From positions 1-42,958 of the forward strand of contig JAFGMB010000236.1 in NCBI GenBank assembly GCA_016927765.1: a stretch of 42,958 bases of DNA, in the 5' to 3' direction. Within the stretch, counting starts at the first letter, position 1; each line of letters opens with the position of its first letter. Below are positions 17,252-26,965 of the stretch, in pieces. The translations under genes and the position numbers were made by a program. A model generated the notes under the pieces. That model was not told where the DNA came from, ran no database searches, and was given only the letters and a program-made list of their open reading frames with translations. The stretch comes from Synergistales bacterium (GTDB taxonomy: Bacteria; Synergistota; Synergistia; Synergistales; JAFGMB01).

Positions 17252-17440
17252 GCATGTATTAGGAAATGATTTAATGGAAAAAATCATTTTGAAAAATCTT
17301 TTTCACCTTTTAGAAAAAAGTCATACATTAATGATAGAATCTAATTTAAGACTCTTTATTATATTATCACTTTAGAATAAAAGTACCCTTGGGATCCCTT
17401 TTTATAATGCCTTTGGAAGGAGAATATCACCATTATTAAT

Positions 17441-17632
17441 GTGAGAAACCTTTTCAGGTCGATCTACAGGATCATCGTTATATTATCAATGCTGATGATC
17501 TCTGTCATAGGGTTCATGATCACAGCTCATGCCTATTCCACAGGTAGGCTTAGAATATTGACCGTCGGACTCATGCTCTTTTTCAGCGGTATCGCCCTAT
17601 CCATAGGGTTGATAATGAATAACCGCCATTGA
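17441..17632 (+). CDS. small two-TM membrane protein, hypothetical
   Basis: The 63-aa ORF from a GTG start has two clear hydrophobic helices. The RBS spacing is poor, so the call is tentative. Confidence 0.3.
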   Translation: MRNLFRSIYRIIVILSMLMISVIGFMITAHAYSTGRLRILTVGLMLFFSGIALSIGLIMNNRH

Positions 17633-17716
17633 AGTACCGAGGATATCTTTAACAGGAGATACCTGAATGACCCTGACCTGATACCTCTATCCCGGAAATT
17701 AAAACAGATACTGATG

Positions 17717-17758
17717 AATAAGAACAGGCGAGGGAAGCTTCCCTCGCCTGTTCTTATT
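17717..17758. terminator. bidirectional perfect palindromic hairpin between convergent genes
   Basis: AATAAGAACAGGCGAGGGAAGCTTCCCTCGCCTGTTCTTATT is a 42-nt perfect palindrome. Confidence 0.7.
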
Positions 17759-17779
17759 CTGTACCATTTAAAACCGGGA

Positions 17780-18157
17780 TCAGAGAAGCCTCTCTGACCC
17801 GGAGTAAACCTCTTCAACTTTCAATACCGCAGCTGCATGCCCGGGGTGATTTTGAGGATTCCATTTCTTCATGTCCTCAAAGATCTCTCCGGCCTTGTGA
17901 TATTCGATCTTTCCCTTGATCTGGAAAGATTTCCCTTCTCTGGTGATGAAAAGGATGGAACCTTTGCTTCCTGAAAGGATGTTCTTCCTTGTCTTGTCAA
18001 AATAATTATCAGCAACAACAAGACTGTCCTCACTGAACTTGCTTACACAGGTAGCATAAATGCTGTTGGGATTACCCTTCTCATCCACCGTGGCCAGGAC
18101 AACTGCTCCGTCACGGTCTTCCCAGGCTTTGCTTACTGATTCCGGTAAAAATGCCAT
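17780..18157 (-). CDS. pyridoxamine 5'-phosphate oxidase-family FMN-binding protein
   Basis: The 125-aa split-barrel-type sequence includes VVLATVDEKGNPNSIYATCV. GGAGG lies 5 nt upstream of ATG 18157. Confidence 0.7.
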   Translation of the reverse strand: MAFLPESVSKAWEDRDGAVVLATVDEKGNPNSIYATCVSKFSEDSLVVADNYFDKTRKNILSGSKGSILFITREGKSFQIKGKIEYHKAGEIFEDMKKWNPQNHPGHAAAVLKVEEVYSGSERLL

Positions 18158-18313
18158 TTTGACCTCCATACAAAGAATTTCATGTCAGGAATTAATGATA
18201 AAGGATATCATTCCATCAAGGAAGGGGGTTTTCTCATTTCATTGACACGAAAGAACACAAAGGATACATTGAATCTCATCATAAAGACTTCGGAGGTGCT
18301 GCCTGTGTACCAT

Positions 18314-19300
18314 ATGAGAGTACTGAACTGCCATGATCTCGGGAAAGTCCTCAGCATGCCTGAAGTGGTGGATTGCGTCGAAGATGCCTATCGTCTTTTT
18401 TCAGCCAGGGAAGCGGGACTGTGGCCGGTGATCTTCCATGAGTTCGAGCCAGGTGTAAGGGATATGGATATCAAATCAGGCTACCTGGAAGGGGCGGGGC
18501 TTTTCGGGCTCAAGATAGTTGGCTATTCTGCGGACAATCCTGTCAAACTTAATGCACCAGCCCTGTCCGGCCTAGTAATGGTGATGAGTATCGAGACAGG
18601 TCAGCCTTTGGGACTTGTAGACGGAATGACAGTGACCAACCTTCGTACGGGAGCAGCAGGAGCTATTGGGGCGAAATGGCTTGCACGAAAGAATTCCCGT
18701 AAGGTCCTGATCCTAGGTGCAGGTGCCCAGGGAAGGGCACAGTGTGAAGGTCTTATGGCAGTGATGCCTGACCTGGAATCTGTAACCTTTTCCAGCAGGC
18801 ACACTGAAACAGCAAGAGCCTGTGTAGAAGAATTGACTCCCAGGTATGGATCAGTAAAACTGGATCATGTAGACTGGGAAAACATTGCTGAACCAGCTTC
18901 GAATTCAGATATCATAGTGACCTGCACACCCGCCAGGAAAGGGTTCCTGCGAAAGGAGTGGATCCAGCCCGGCACTCACATCAACGCCATTGGAGCTGAC
19001 ATGACCCTTAAACAGGAAATTGACCCTCAGCTTGTAGCTGCAGCCAGCCTTTTTGTCGATTCCCAGGAACAGACCCTTCATCATGGTGAATGCCACCATG
19101 CTTATGAGCAGGGTCTTATCAGTGAAGAGGATGTGACCGAGATAGGGTCTGTCATCCTTGGCCAGGCTGACGGAAGAAATTCTTCGGAGGAGATAACAAT
19201 GTTTGATGCCACAGGTATGGCCCTTCAGGACATCATCACGGCCAATCTGGCGCTTAATCGTGCAGCAAAGAAGGGTCTCGGTTCGGTTGTGACCATGTGA
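18314..19300 (+). CDS. ornithine cyclodeaminase/mu-crystallin-family NAD(P) enzyme
   Basis: A Rossmann motif (VLILGAGAQGRAQ) and NAIGAD are present, with a family-typical length of 328 aa counted from ATG 18314. Confidence 0.8.
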   Translation: MRVLNCHDLGKVLSMPEVVDCVEDAYRLFSAREAGLWPVIFHEFEPGVRDMDIKSGYLEGAGLFGLKIVGYSADNPVKLNAPALSGLVMVMSIETGQPLGLVDGMTVTNLRTGAAGAIGAKWLARKNSRKVLILGAGAQGRAQCEGLMAVMPDLESVTFSSRHTETARACVEELTPRYGSVKLDHVDWENIAEPASNSDIIVTCTPARKGFLRKEWIQPGTHINAIGADMTLKQEIDPQLVAAASLFVDSQEQTLHHGECHHAYEQGLISEEDVTEIGSVILGQADGRNSSEEITMFDATGMALQDIITANLALNRAAKKGLGSVVTM

Positions 19301-19388
19301 TCCCTTTGATGTTGTGACCTTTGTCGGTGAAAAGAGCAGGTTTAGAGTTATTTGCATTACCTGCAACTCCAGGAGAGGATGAAGACTG

Positions 19389-20360
19389 ATGATAAAACCC
19401 ACCATTACGGATGTGCTTCTTGCAGCAAGGTTCCTCAAGGGAAGGATTCACAGGACTCCGACCGAATATTCGATCCCCTTCAGCAATAGAGTGGGAACAG
19501 CGGTTTATGTGAAATGGGAGAACCAGCAGATGTGCAGATCCTTCAAGATCAGGGGGGCTCTGAACAAGATGTTCTCCCTGACTGAAGAAGAAAGATCCAG
19601 GGGAGTGGTCACCGCATCTTCGGGAAACCATGCCCAGGGTGTTGCCACAGCAGCCCGGATGCTCAGAACAAAGGCGATCATATGTGTTCCGGGTATGTGT
19701 CCGGAGACAAAAAGAGATGCTATTCGAAACCTCGGAGGAGAATACGTGGACCTCAGGGTTATAGGGCATTTCTACAACGATGCAGAGGATGAATCCTTCC
19801 GACTCAGGGACGAAGAGGGGCTCACCTATGTTTCGGCCTTTGAGGATCTGAAGATAGCCGCAGGCCAGGGAACCCTTGCCCTTGAAATGCTCATGGACGA
19901 ACCGGAACTGGATATCATTTTCTGCCCCATCAGCGGAGGAGGACTTATTTCAGGTGTGATCACAGCAGCTCAGGCATTGAGACCCGGTATCCAGGTGTGG
20001 GGCGTACATGCATCTGCCAATCCGGCCTGGCCAGAAGCCTTCAGGCAGGACAGGGTGGTCCCGGTGGATGAAGATGAGACCATTGCTGATGCCCTCTGCG
20101 GAGGGGCTTCCCAGCCCTTGTTCGAATACCTCAAAGAGAGGCTTGCAGGGATCATTGCCGTATCTGAAGACGAACTGGAAGAGGCAATGGCTTTTACCCA
20201 TCACCATCATCACCAGGTGATAGAGGGGGGAGCTGCCACTTCATTAGCCGGTCTATTTTCAGGAAAAGTGAACGTTACGGGCATGAAAGTAGGACTTGTC
20301 ATCTCAGGTGGAAACGTGGACGACGGAAAGCTTGTGGAGATCCTTCATAAATATAGCTGA
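19389..20360 (+). CDS. threonine/serine dehydratase-family PLP enzyme (fold type II)
   Basis: The PLP-lysine motif SFKIRGA, SSGNHAQGVA and a glycine loop (PISGGGLISG) are present. There is no C-terminal ACT regulatory domain. Confidence 0.8.
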   Translation: MIKPTITDVLLAARFLKGRIHRTPTEYSIPFSNRVGTAVYVKWENQQMCRSFKIRGALNKMFSLTEEERSRGVVTASSGNHAQGVATAARMLRTKAIICVPGMCPETKRDAIRNLGGEYVDLRVIGHFYNDAEDESFRLRDEEGLTYVSAFEDLKIAAGQGTLALEMLMDEPELDIIFCPISGGGLISGVITAAQALRPGIQVWGVHASANPAWPEAFRQDRVVPVDEDETIADALCGGASQPLFEYLKERLAGIIAVSEDELEEAMAFTHHHHHQVIEGGAATSLAGLFSGKVNVTGMKVGLVISGGNVDDGKLVEILHKYS

Positions 20361-20480
20361 AACAGTCAAGAACTCTGCTGGCAACCTCATGGGAACAATA
20401 GGTGTCTTAAAGGGCAGGCCAGTTGAGAATGCCATAAATTTCAGGAAAAGGCATTTCGTGAATGAATGGGAGGTATGGAC

Positions 20481-21293
20481 ATGGATCTGACTGTTCTGGT
20501 GGAGAACATGGCGGTGTCAGGGGATTTGCTCGGAGAATACGGCTTCAGCCTCCATTTGACGGATGAAAGAAATGAGATCCTCATGGATACCGGCCAGGGG
20601 AAATCCCTTGTCTACAATGCCGGCATACTTGGCCTTGACCTTGGAAAAGTTGACACCCTTCTCCTGAGTCATGGTCATTTCGATCACACTGGTGGCCTTG
20701 GAGAGATGCTCCTCCAGAACAGCCAGTTGGAAGTCTGGGGCCATGATAGGATAAATGAGCTGCATATGAGCATCCGTAATAACATTCCTTTATTTGTAGG
20801 TTGCCATCTCAACAGGGAAGCCATAAAACTCCTAACTGTTGAAGGACTTACCAGGATAACGGATCACCTCTGGGGGGTTGAAATACCTGTTGAGACCAGG
20901 AAGCCCGAATTCTGGGACAGGCCCGAAAACCTGGTTGTACCCTCCGGGGATGGCTGGCAACTGGATCCTTTTCATGATGACCTGTCTTTTGTAGTCGAAG
21001 GCAAACATGGCTTGAGCGTGATCCTGGGATGTGCCCACGCCGGTGTAATGAATATCCTTGACACCGTTTCAGGCCATTTCAATACGAACCGCTTTTACAG
21101 CGTCTTGGGAGGAATGCATACCAGGGCCTTCAACAGCAAAAAACTTGAAAAACTGACAAAAGAACTGACAGCCCGTTTCCAGGTCAGCAAATGGAGACCC
21201 TGCCATTGTTCGGGTTTCAGGGCAGCTGCAGCCCTTGCCGCTATCCACAAAGATGTGGACTGGCCGGGGGCAGGTTACAGGATGGAATTGTAA
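20481..21293 (+). CDS. MBL-fold metallo-hydrolase (COG1237-like)
   Basis: The metal motif SHGHFDHTGG is present. ATG 20481 has GGAGG 7 nt upstream. Confidence 0.7.
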   Translation: MDLTVLVENMAVSGDLLGEYGFSLHLTDERNEILMDTGQGKSLVYNAGILGLDLGKVDTLLLSHGHFDHTGGLGEMLLQNSQLEVWGHDRINELHMSIRNNIPLFVGCHLNREAIKLLTVEGLTRITDHLWGVEIPVETRKPEFWDRPENLVVPSGDGWQLDPFHDDLSFVVEGKHGLSVILGCAHAGVMNILDTVSGHFNTNRFYSVLGGMHTRAFNSKKLEKLTKELTARFQVSKWRPCHCSGFRAAAALAAIHKDVDWPGAGYRMEL

Positions 21294-21382
21294 AAGGGCA
21301 AAGCTATTGCAAATCTCTTTGTATTGCATGGTAAAGATCTGTTCACACCGCATGGATGTAACAAAATCTAAACTGAATAACC

Positions 21383-21426
21383 AGCACATAGGGGGGCGGA
21401 TAACTCCGCCCCCCTATGTGCTTTTT
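21383..21426. terminator. bidirectional 18-bp-stem terminator between convergent genes
   Basis: AGCACATAGGGGGGCGGA-TAAC-TCCGCCCCCCTATGTGCT, then TTTT. Confidence 0.8.
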
Positions 21427-21438
21427 CATCCGAAATGT

Positions 21439-22632
21439 TTATCCCCTGAAGTTTTTGAACCACTCATCGCCGCTTCTGATAGCCAGGTATGCCTGCCAGG
21501 CCGCACCCCAGGAAAGAATGCTCTCGTCGAAGGTCATCTTCGGATTATGTACACCCTCCGTTCCTTCAGCTCCTATCATCACGAAACATGAGGGGATCTC
21601 CCTGGAAAAGAATGAAAAATCTTCCGATCCTGTGAAGGGATGTTCCCTCTCGATCACATCATCGCAGAATTCAAGACCCAACTCGATCAATTGTCCTGTA
21701 AGATCCGGATCGTTCATTACGGACCGGTAATTGTACCTGTATTCGAAGGAAGTTCCGAGCCCGTAAGCCTGACCGATACCTTCACATATCTCTTCAAGTC
21801 TTTTGTGGACGAGTTCCTGGGAAAGATCGGTGAAAGTCCTTACCGAGCCTGTAACCAAAGCAGAATCGGGAATGATATTCTCGCTTGAACCTGCATGCAC
21901 CTGGCCTATGGAAACCACAACTTCTTCGAAGGGATCGATATTCCTGCTGACAAGGCTGTTTATGGCCCCTATCATCTGCCCAAGGGCCGGGATGGGATCT
22001 TTTACCAGGTGAGGTATGGAAGCATGTCCACCCCTGCCCTGGATATCTATGTAGAAACGGTCACTGTTGGCGGTAAATGCATTTTTCCTGGTAGTAAGGC
22101 TTTTGTGAGGCAGGATAACAGGCATGATATGATGGCCGAACATGAAATCCAGGGGGTATTTTTCCAAGAACCCCTCTTCCAGCATCTTTTTAGCACCGGC
22201 AAAACCTTCTTCACCAGGCTGAAAGACAAGGGCTATCTTCCCTCTCAGGTCCTGTCTGCATTCAGCTATTATTTCAGCCGCGCCGAGGAGCATGGCCATG
22301 TGACCATCATGACAGCATGCATGCATTATGCCATGATGCACTGAAGCATAAGGAAGCCCGGTCTCTTCCTTCATTGGAAGCGCATCCATGTCCGCTCTCA
22401 GAGCCCTTGAAGGTCCTTCCCTCTCTCCTGTCAGAGTAGCCACCACACCGGTAATACCTATGCCCCCGGAAACTTCATAGCCCATTTGCTCAAGAGCTTC
22501 TGCAATGATAGAGGAAGTCCTGTTTTCCTCGAAACCCAACTCAGGGTGTTTATGGAAATCCCTTCTCCATGAGATGATCTTTTCTTCTTTTGATAAAGCT
22601 CTCTGCAGAAATGCCCTGCTTTTTTCATTCAT
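21439..22632 (-). CDS. M20D-family amidohydrolase (N-acyl-L-amino acid amidohydrolase/hippurate hydrolase type)
   Basis: The motifs FHKHPELGFEE, MHACCHDGH and FQPGEEG are present. ATG 22632 has AAGGTGA upstream. Confidence 0.85.
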   Translation of the reverse strand: MNEKSRAFLQRALSKEEKIISWRRDFHKHPELGFEENRTSSIIAEALEQMGYEVSGGIGITGVVATLTGEREGPSRALRADMDALPMKEETGLPYASVHHGIMHACCHDGHMAMLLGAAEIIAECRQDLRGKIALVFQPGEEGFAGAKKMLEEGFLEKYPLDFMFGHHIMPVILPHKSLTTRKNAFTANSDRFYIDIQGRGGHASIPHLVKDPIPALGQMIGAINSLVSRNIDPFEEVVVSIGQVHAGSSENIIPDSALVTGSVRTFTDLSQELVHKRLEEICEGIGQAYGLGTSFEYRYNYRSVMNDPDLTGQLIELGLEFCDDVIEREHPFTGSEDFSFFSREIPSCFVMIGAEGTEGVHNPKMTFDESILSWGAAWQAYLAIRSGDEWFKNFRG

Positions 22633-22649
22633 GAATATCACCTTGTGCT

Positions 22650-23978
22650 TCAGTTGCCCATCAGATCGGGCAGAAAAGTCGATATCTGCGGGAAAGCTAT
22701 CAATATGGCAAGCACCACCAGCTCACAGAAAATAAAAGGCCATACTCCCCTGAAGACTTCTTCGAGGGAGGTATCCTTTCCGGCCACACCTTTGAGAGCA
22801 TACACATTGAGCCCCACAGGAGGAGTGATCGCAGCTATTTCTCCAAGCTTCATTATGATCACACCGAACCAGATGGGATCATATCCGAGAGAGACAATTA
22901 TGGGGAAAAAGATAGGCAGAGTAAGAGCCATGATGCCTGTAGGGATAACTATCATCCCCAGGAGGAACCATATCACGAGTATTCCGAAAAGAACTGCGAA
23001 CCTGGGCATGTTCCATCCTATGATCAGGTTGGAGGCAAAGGTAGGTATCCTGGTAAGGGCAAGAAACCTGCCGAAGAAAAGGGCACCCACCATGATGATG
23101 AAGATCATGGAAGTGGTATGAGCTGAATCCCTCATGGCCTTCCTGATCACTCCAAGAGACCTGATCTTGCCCTGCTGGAAACCAAGGGCCAGTGCTGCAA
23201 GGGCACCCACTGACCCCGCCTCAGTAGGAGTAAAGAAACCCGAATATATACCTCCAAGTACTATCACGGCTATGAGGCCTATAGACCACATTTTCCTCAG
23301 TGAGGCGAGCCTGCTCTTTGTTACAGGACATTTCTCGCTGCTTCCAGATGCCTCCCGGGGAGCCAACGAAGGTTTTCTGACCACCCTTATCACTATCAGA
23401 ACAGAAAAAGCTATGGCAGTGAGGATACCAGGGAGGATGCCGGCCATGAATAATTTCCCGATGGACTGTTCTGTAAAAATGGCATATACGATGAAACCCG
23501 CACTGGGAGGGATCATGGCCGCAAAACCTCCTGCCGCGGCTATGCTACCCAGGGCAAAAGGCTTATCATATCTGTAACGCATCATCTCCGGCAGCACGAT
23601 CTTTCCGAACAATGCAGCAGTGGCAAGCGAGGAACCCGAAACTGCCCCAAAAGCCGCACAACCGAAACATGTAGCGATGGCCAGAGATCCGGGAAGACCT
23701 TCAGTCAGATCGTGAATCCCTTCATAGGCCTGCTGGGCAAAAGTCCCCATGGCAGCAAAGGCTCCCATGAGAATAAATAGAGGCAAGGCACAGAAGGTGG
23801 GGGTTGCTATGGTGTAATACATGGTCTGGCTCAGAAAGCTCATGGCTCCCTGTAAACCCACAAGAACCGTGATCCCCAGAAACCCCACGACGAAGAAATC
23901 AATGGCGATATGGACCCCTTTTCCAAGAAGAACCAGGAGAAGAAGGATACCTATAAGGCCAACAGTTACTGGATCCAC
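22650..23978 (-). CDS. dctM: TRAP transporter large permease subunit
   Basis: The polytopic protein is 442 aa. GTG 23978 has GGAGG 8 nt upstream and lies 1 nt after the dctQ stop. The longer tracked ORF would overlap dctQ. Confidence 0.85.
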   Translation of the reverse strand: MDPVTVGLIGILLLLVLLGKGVHIAIDFFVVGFLGITVLVGLQGAMSFLSQTMYYTIATPTFCALPLFILMGAFAAMGTFAQQAYEGIHDLTEGLPGSLAIATCFGCAAFGAVSGSSLATAALFGKIVLPEMMRYRYDKPFALGSIAAAGGFAAMIPPSAGFIVYAIFTEQSIGKLFMAGILPGILTAIAFSVLIVIRVVRKPSLAPREASGSSEKCPVTKSRLASLRKMWSIGLIAVIVLGGIYSGFFTPTEAGSVGALAALALGFQQGKIRSLGVIRKAMRDSAHTTSMIFIIMVGALFFGRFLALTRIPTFASNLIIGWNMPRFAVLFGILVIWFLLGMIVIPTGIMALTLPIFFPIIVSLGYDPIWFGVIIMKLGEIAAITPPVGLNVYALKGVAGKDTSLEEVFRGVWPFIFCELVVLAILIAFPQISTFLPDLMGN

Positions 23979-23979
23979 A

Positions 23980-24495
23980 TCATTCACCTCCCGATCTTGA
24001 GACCGATTTTGCCGATATTTCCAGCACCCTTTGAGCCCCATTGACAAGGAGCTGCAAAAGGTAAAAGGCACAGCCTATAAAAATTATGAATTTTACAGGA
24101 TATACAGGCAGAGGTGTGGTTCCTGAGATAGCTTCTCCTGTCTGGTAGGAGAAAAGGGCGTTCATATATGAGGCATATGAAGCGATGGCCATAAAAAGAA
24201 CAGCTATAAGATAGTCTGAAAGATCGGAGATCTTCCTGGTGCGGGGAGACATTTTCTCCATGAAAAATTCCACCCTGATGTGGTTACGGTTCTCCTCGCA
24301 ATGGGACAAACCAAGGTACACTGTCGCGACAAGGGCAAAGACAGCCATTTCACTTACTCCCTGAACAGGCTTCGAAAACAGGCGGGAGACAATATCGAAT
24401 ATAAGGAAAACCATTATGGCAGTAACAAGCCATCCGCTGAGTTCTGCCAAGAGGTTGTTGGATCTGTGCATTAAAGCGGTTATCCTGCTGAGCAT
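23980..24495 (-). CDS. dctQ: TRAP transporter small permease subunit
   Basis: The 171-aa protein has 4 TM segments, sits between dctP and dctM, and has AAAGGAGG upstream. Confidence 0.8.
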   Translation of the reverse strand: MLSRITALMHRSNNLLAELSGWLVTAIMVFLIFDIVSRLFSKPVQGVSEMAVFALVATVYLGLSHCEENRNHIRVEFFMEKMSPRTRKISDLSDYLIAVLFMAIASYASYMNALFSYQTGEAISGTTPLPVYPVKFIIFIGCAFYLLQLLVNGAQRVLEISAKSVSRSGGE

Positions 24496-24563
24496 GGACG
24501 CCTCCTTTACCTTCCTGGGAAGGGCAGGCCCCTAACGGCCATGCCCTTAATGATATTCAAGGA

Positions 24564-25649
24564 TCATTCTTTTTCTTTCCTGATCTCTCCGGAAATGAAC
24601 TTATCCATGGTCACCAGTATTTCGTGCCCGTTCTCGACACCCATTTTTTCTGCTTCAGCTACCCAGTTCTCTTTCAATTCTTCCCAGGCCTCCAGGTTAA
24701 CCCATTTCCCGATATCTTCCCCTGATGCCTCGGTAACAGTGCATCCCCTGTCTTTCTGGGACATGACTATCCTGTCCCATTCGAGCTCGAAAAGATCGGA
24801 AAACCTTGCAATTACTGCCTCGTTGGCTTTCAGGATCCCCTGTTGTATATCCTCCGGAAGGCTGTTCCATTTATTGAGGTTTATAGTCACAAAAATGGGC
24901 ATGGGCACCCATAATTCCCTGGCTGTAAATATATGTTTTGCAGGTTCGTCGAGCTTGGTCGCAAAGATACCATCGTAATTTGTGAACACGGCATCGATGG
25001 TGCCCGTCTGGAGGGCCATGTAACAGTCACTCCATGGAACTGAAACAGGTGTTGCCCCTGCTGCTTTCAAAGCCTTGAGATAGTTTGCACTCGATGCCCT
25101 TACCCTGAGACCTGAAAAATCATCAAAACCTGTAAAGGGCTTTGTTGAACAAAGAGCCATGGGAAGCATGAACCTCATGAACAGGACCTTCTGGTTCCAT
25201 TTCCCCATCTCCTTCCCGAAATCGGGTATAGACTCATAGCAACTGGTGATAGCCCGACTGAGATTGGCGAACTTCGTGGGGCCTTCCGGGAAAAGGGCAA
25301 AGGCATTATGTATGAAAAGCTGTTTAGGATAATATGCAGGAAGAACGTATCCCATATCTACCATTCCCTGTTTTACACCGTTCAGTATCTCTTTTCCCTT
25401 CAACAGGGACCCCTGCCAGTAGACTTCAAGGGTAACCCTTCCGTCGGTATTCTTTTCGATCTCCTCTTTCATTATCTTTACGAAATTCCCCCCGAGACCG
25501 GCTGGAGGCCCTGATTCAGCATAAATCAGGGTTATCACTTTTTCCGCCGCAACAGATATACCGTTCATCAGAAGCATTGATAGAGTCACCAGAAATATCA
25601 TTGATCCCGCGAGAATCATTTTTCCCCTGAATAATTTTCTGTCATTCAT
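24564..25649 (-). CDS. dctP: TRAP transporter substrate-binding protein (DctP family)
   Basis: A signal peptide is followed by a DctP-like domain. AAGGAGGG lies upstream. Confidence 0.85.
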   Translation of the reverse strand: MNDRKLFRGKMILAGSMIFLVTLSMLLMNGISVAAEKVITLIYAESGPPAGLGGNFVKIMKEEIEKNTDGRVTLEVYWQGSLLKGKEILNGVKQGMVDMGYVLPAYYPKQLFIHNAFALFPEGPTKFANLSRAITSCYESIPDFGKEMGKWNQKVLFMRFMLPMALCSTKPFTGFDDFSGLRVRASSANYLKALKAAGATPVSVPWSDCYMALQTGTIDAVFTNYDGIFATKLDEPAKHIFTARELWVPMPIFVTINLNKWNSLPEDIQQGILKANEAVIARFSDLFELEWDRIVMSQKDRGCTVTEASGEDIGKWVNLEAWEELKENWVAEAEKMGVENGHEILVTMDKFISGEIRKEKE

Positions 25650-25700
25650 AGCTTACCCTCCTTAAAGGATCATTTTTTCCGATCTTCCTGCGAAGACTCC

Positions 25701-26801
25701 TCAGAAAAGGTCCAGATATTTTCTATGCAAAATAACCCCAAAACCTGGCTTGTCAGGAAGAGGGACCTCCCCGAGGATCACCGAAAGAGGAAGATCCAGG
25801 ATGTCTTCTTCGTATAGAGGAACTGCTATCTGATCATTATCATGACACATACATACCTGGCTTGCCGTGAAATGGACATTTGCCATGGAACCAAGGCCAG
25901 CTTCGATATTGCTGCCTGCCACTGCAGTGAGGCCTGCTGCCTCAGCTATGGCAGCTGTCTGTAAAGCCCTGTAGAGGCCACCTACTTTCGCAACCTTGAT
26001 GTTCAGGATATCAGCCGCTTCCATATCAATTATCCTTATGGCATCATGGATGCCCGCACAACTCTCGTCAGCCATTACAGGAACATCAATTCTATCTCTT
26101 ACGAACTTGAGTCCCTTCAGATCCCATCGCTTCACAGGCTGTTCCACATATTCCAGCTCAAGGTGGCTTATCCCGTCATAAAAAGACAAAGCCTCCGAAG
26201 CTGTAAATGCCTGGTTTGCATCTATCCTGAGCTTGAAAGTGTATCCCAGTTCGTCCCGTAACCTTGCCAGGAGCAGTTTTTCTCGGGCTGGATCTGTCCC
26301 CACTTTTACTTTCAGGGTTCCGTAACCCTTTTCTATGCTTGACCTGCCTTCAGAAAGTCCCTCCTCAATATTCTGTATTCCCAGAACCCATGCCTGTCTG
26401 ACTGAATCCCTTACCTTTCCACCCAGCAGGGAATATACCGGGATCTGAAGCAATTGTCCTGCAGTATCGTAGATAGCCAGGTCCAGGGCTGTTTTAGCAC
26501 CATGACAGTCTGCAGCGATCCTGTCCATCCTTCGATGGATCTCGGCAATATGGAGGACACTTATCCCTTTCAGTTGCTCTTTAAAATTCCTCTCGATCAC
26601 TTCCTGGTCCGTATACGCTGTTTCTCCCATGAACGCAAGGGAGGGGGATGCCTCGCCGTAACCCCTTATACCTTCCTCGGTTTCAACCATTACCAGCAGA
26701 TGAGGCCTGGTTTTAGCTGCATAAAGGGATATCTGCCATGTTTTTCGAAAAGGCATCTCGATGACAACAGTTTTTATCTGCTTTATTCTTCCCTGATCCA
26801 A
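25701..26801 (-). CDS. enolase-superfamily enzyme, muconate-lactonizing-enzyme subgroup (dipeptide epimerase / N-acylamino acid racemase type)
   Basis: The KxK motif (LKVKVG), metal ligands in RIDANQAF, YVEQP and MADES, and a second lysine motif (NIKVAKVGG) are all present. The TTG start has AGGAGG 7 nt upstream. Confidence 0.8.
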   Translation of the reverse strand: MDQGRIKQIKTVVIEMPFRKTWQISLYAAKTRPHLLVMVETEEGIRGYGEASPSLAFMGETAYTDQEVIERNFKEQLKGISVLHIAEIHRRMDRIAADCHGAKTALDLAIYDTAGQLLQIPVYSLLGGKVRDSVRQAWVLGIQNIEEGLSEGRSSIEKGYGTLKVKVGTDPAREKLLLARLRDELGYTFKLRIDANQAFTASEALSFYDGISHLELEYVEQPVKRWDLKGLKFVRDRIDVPVMADESCAGIHDAIRIIDMEAADILNIKVAKVGGLYRALQTAAIAEAAGLTAVAGSNIEAGLGSMANVHFTASQVCMCHDNDQIAVPLYEEDILDLPLSVILGEVPLPDKPGFGVILHRKYLDLF

Positions 26802-26965
26802 TATACCGCCTCCTTTGTTTCTTGTGTGGAAACGTGTTTCTTCTGAGAATACAGTGACAATAAAGTAATATCATGTTACATTTATTTAGTCAAGAAAGAA
26901 GGGCTCCTTTTGATTATCTTTCAGATAATGTACAGTTCTACTTACCAGAGGAAGAGGCGTTTTAA

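Noticed and set aside
20199-20213. Five consecutive His codons (CAT CAC CAT CAT CAC), which look like an affinity tag
   Set aside because: The run is internal, about 270 residues into a 323-aa native ORF. Codon usage is mixed and there is no flanking vector or linker sequence. It is treated as a natural His run, not an engineering artefact.
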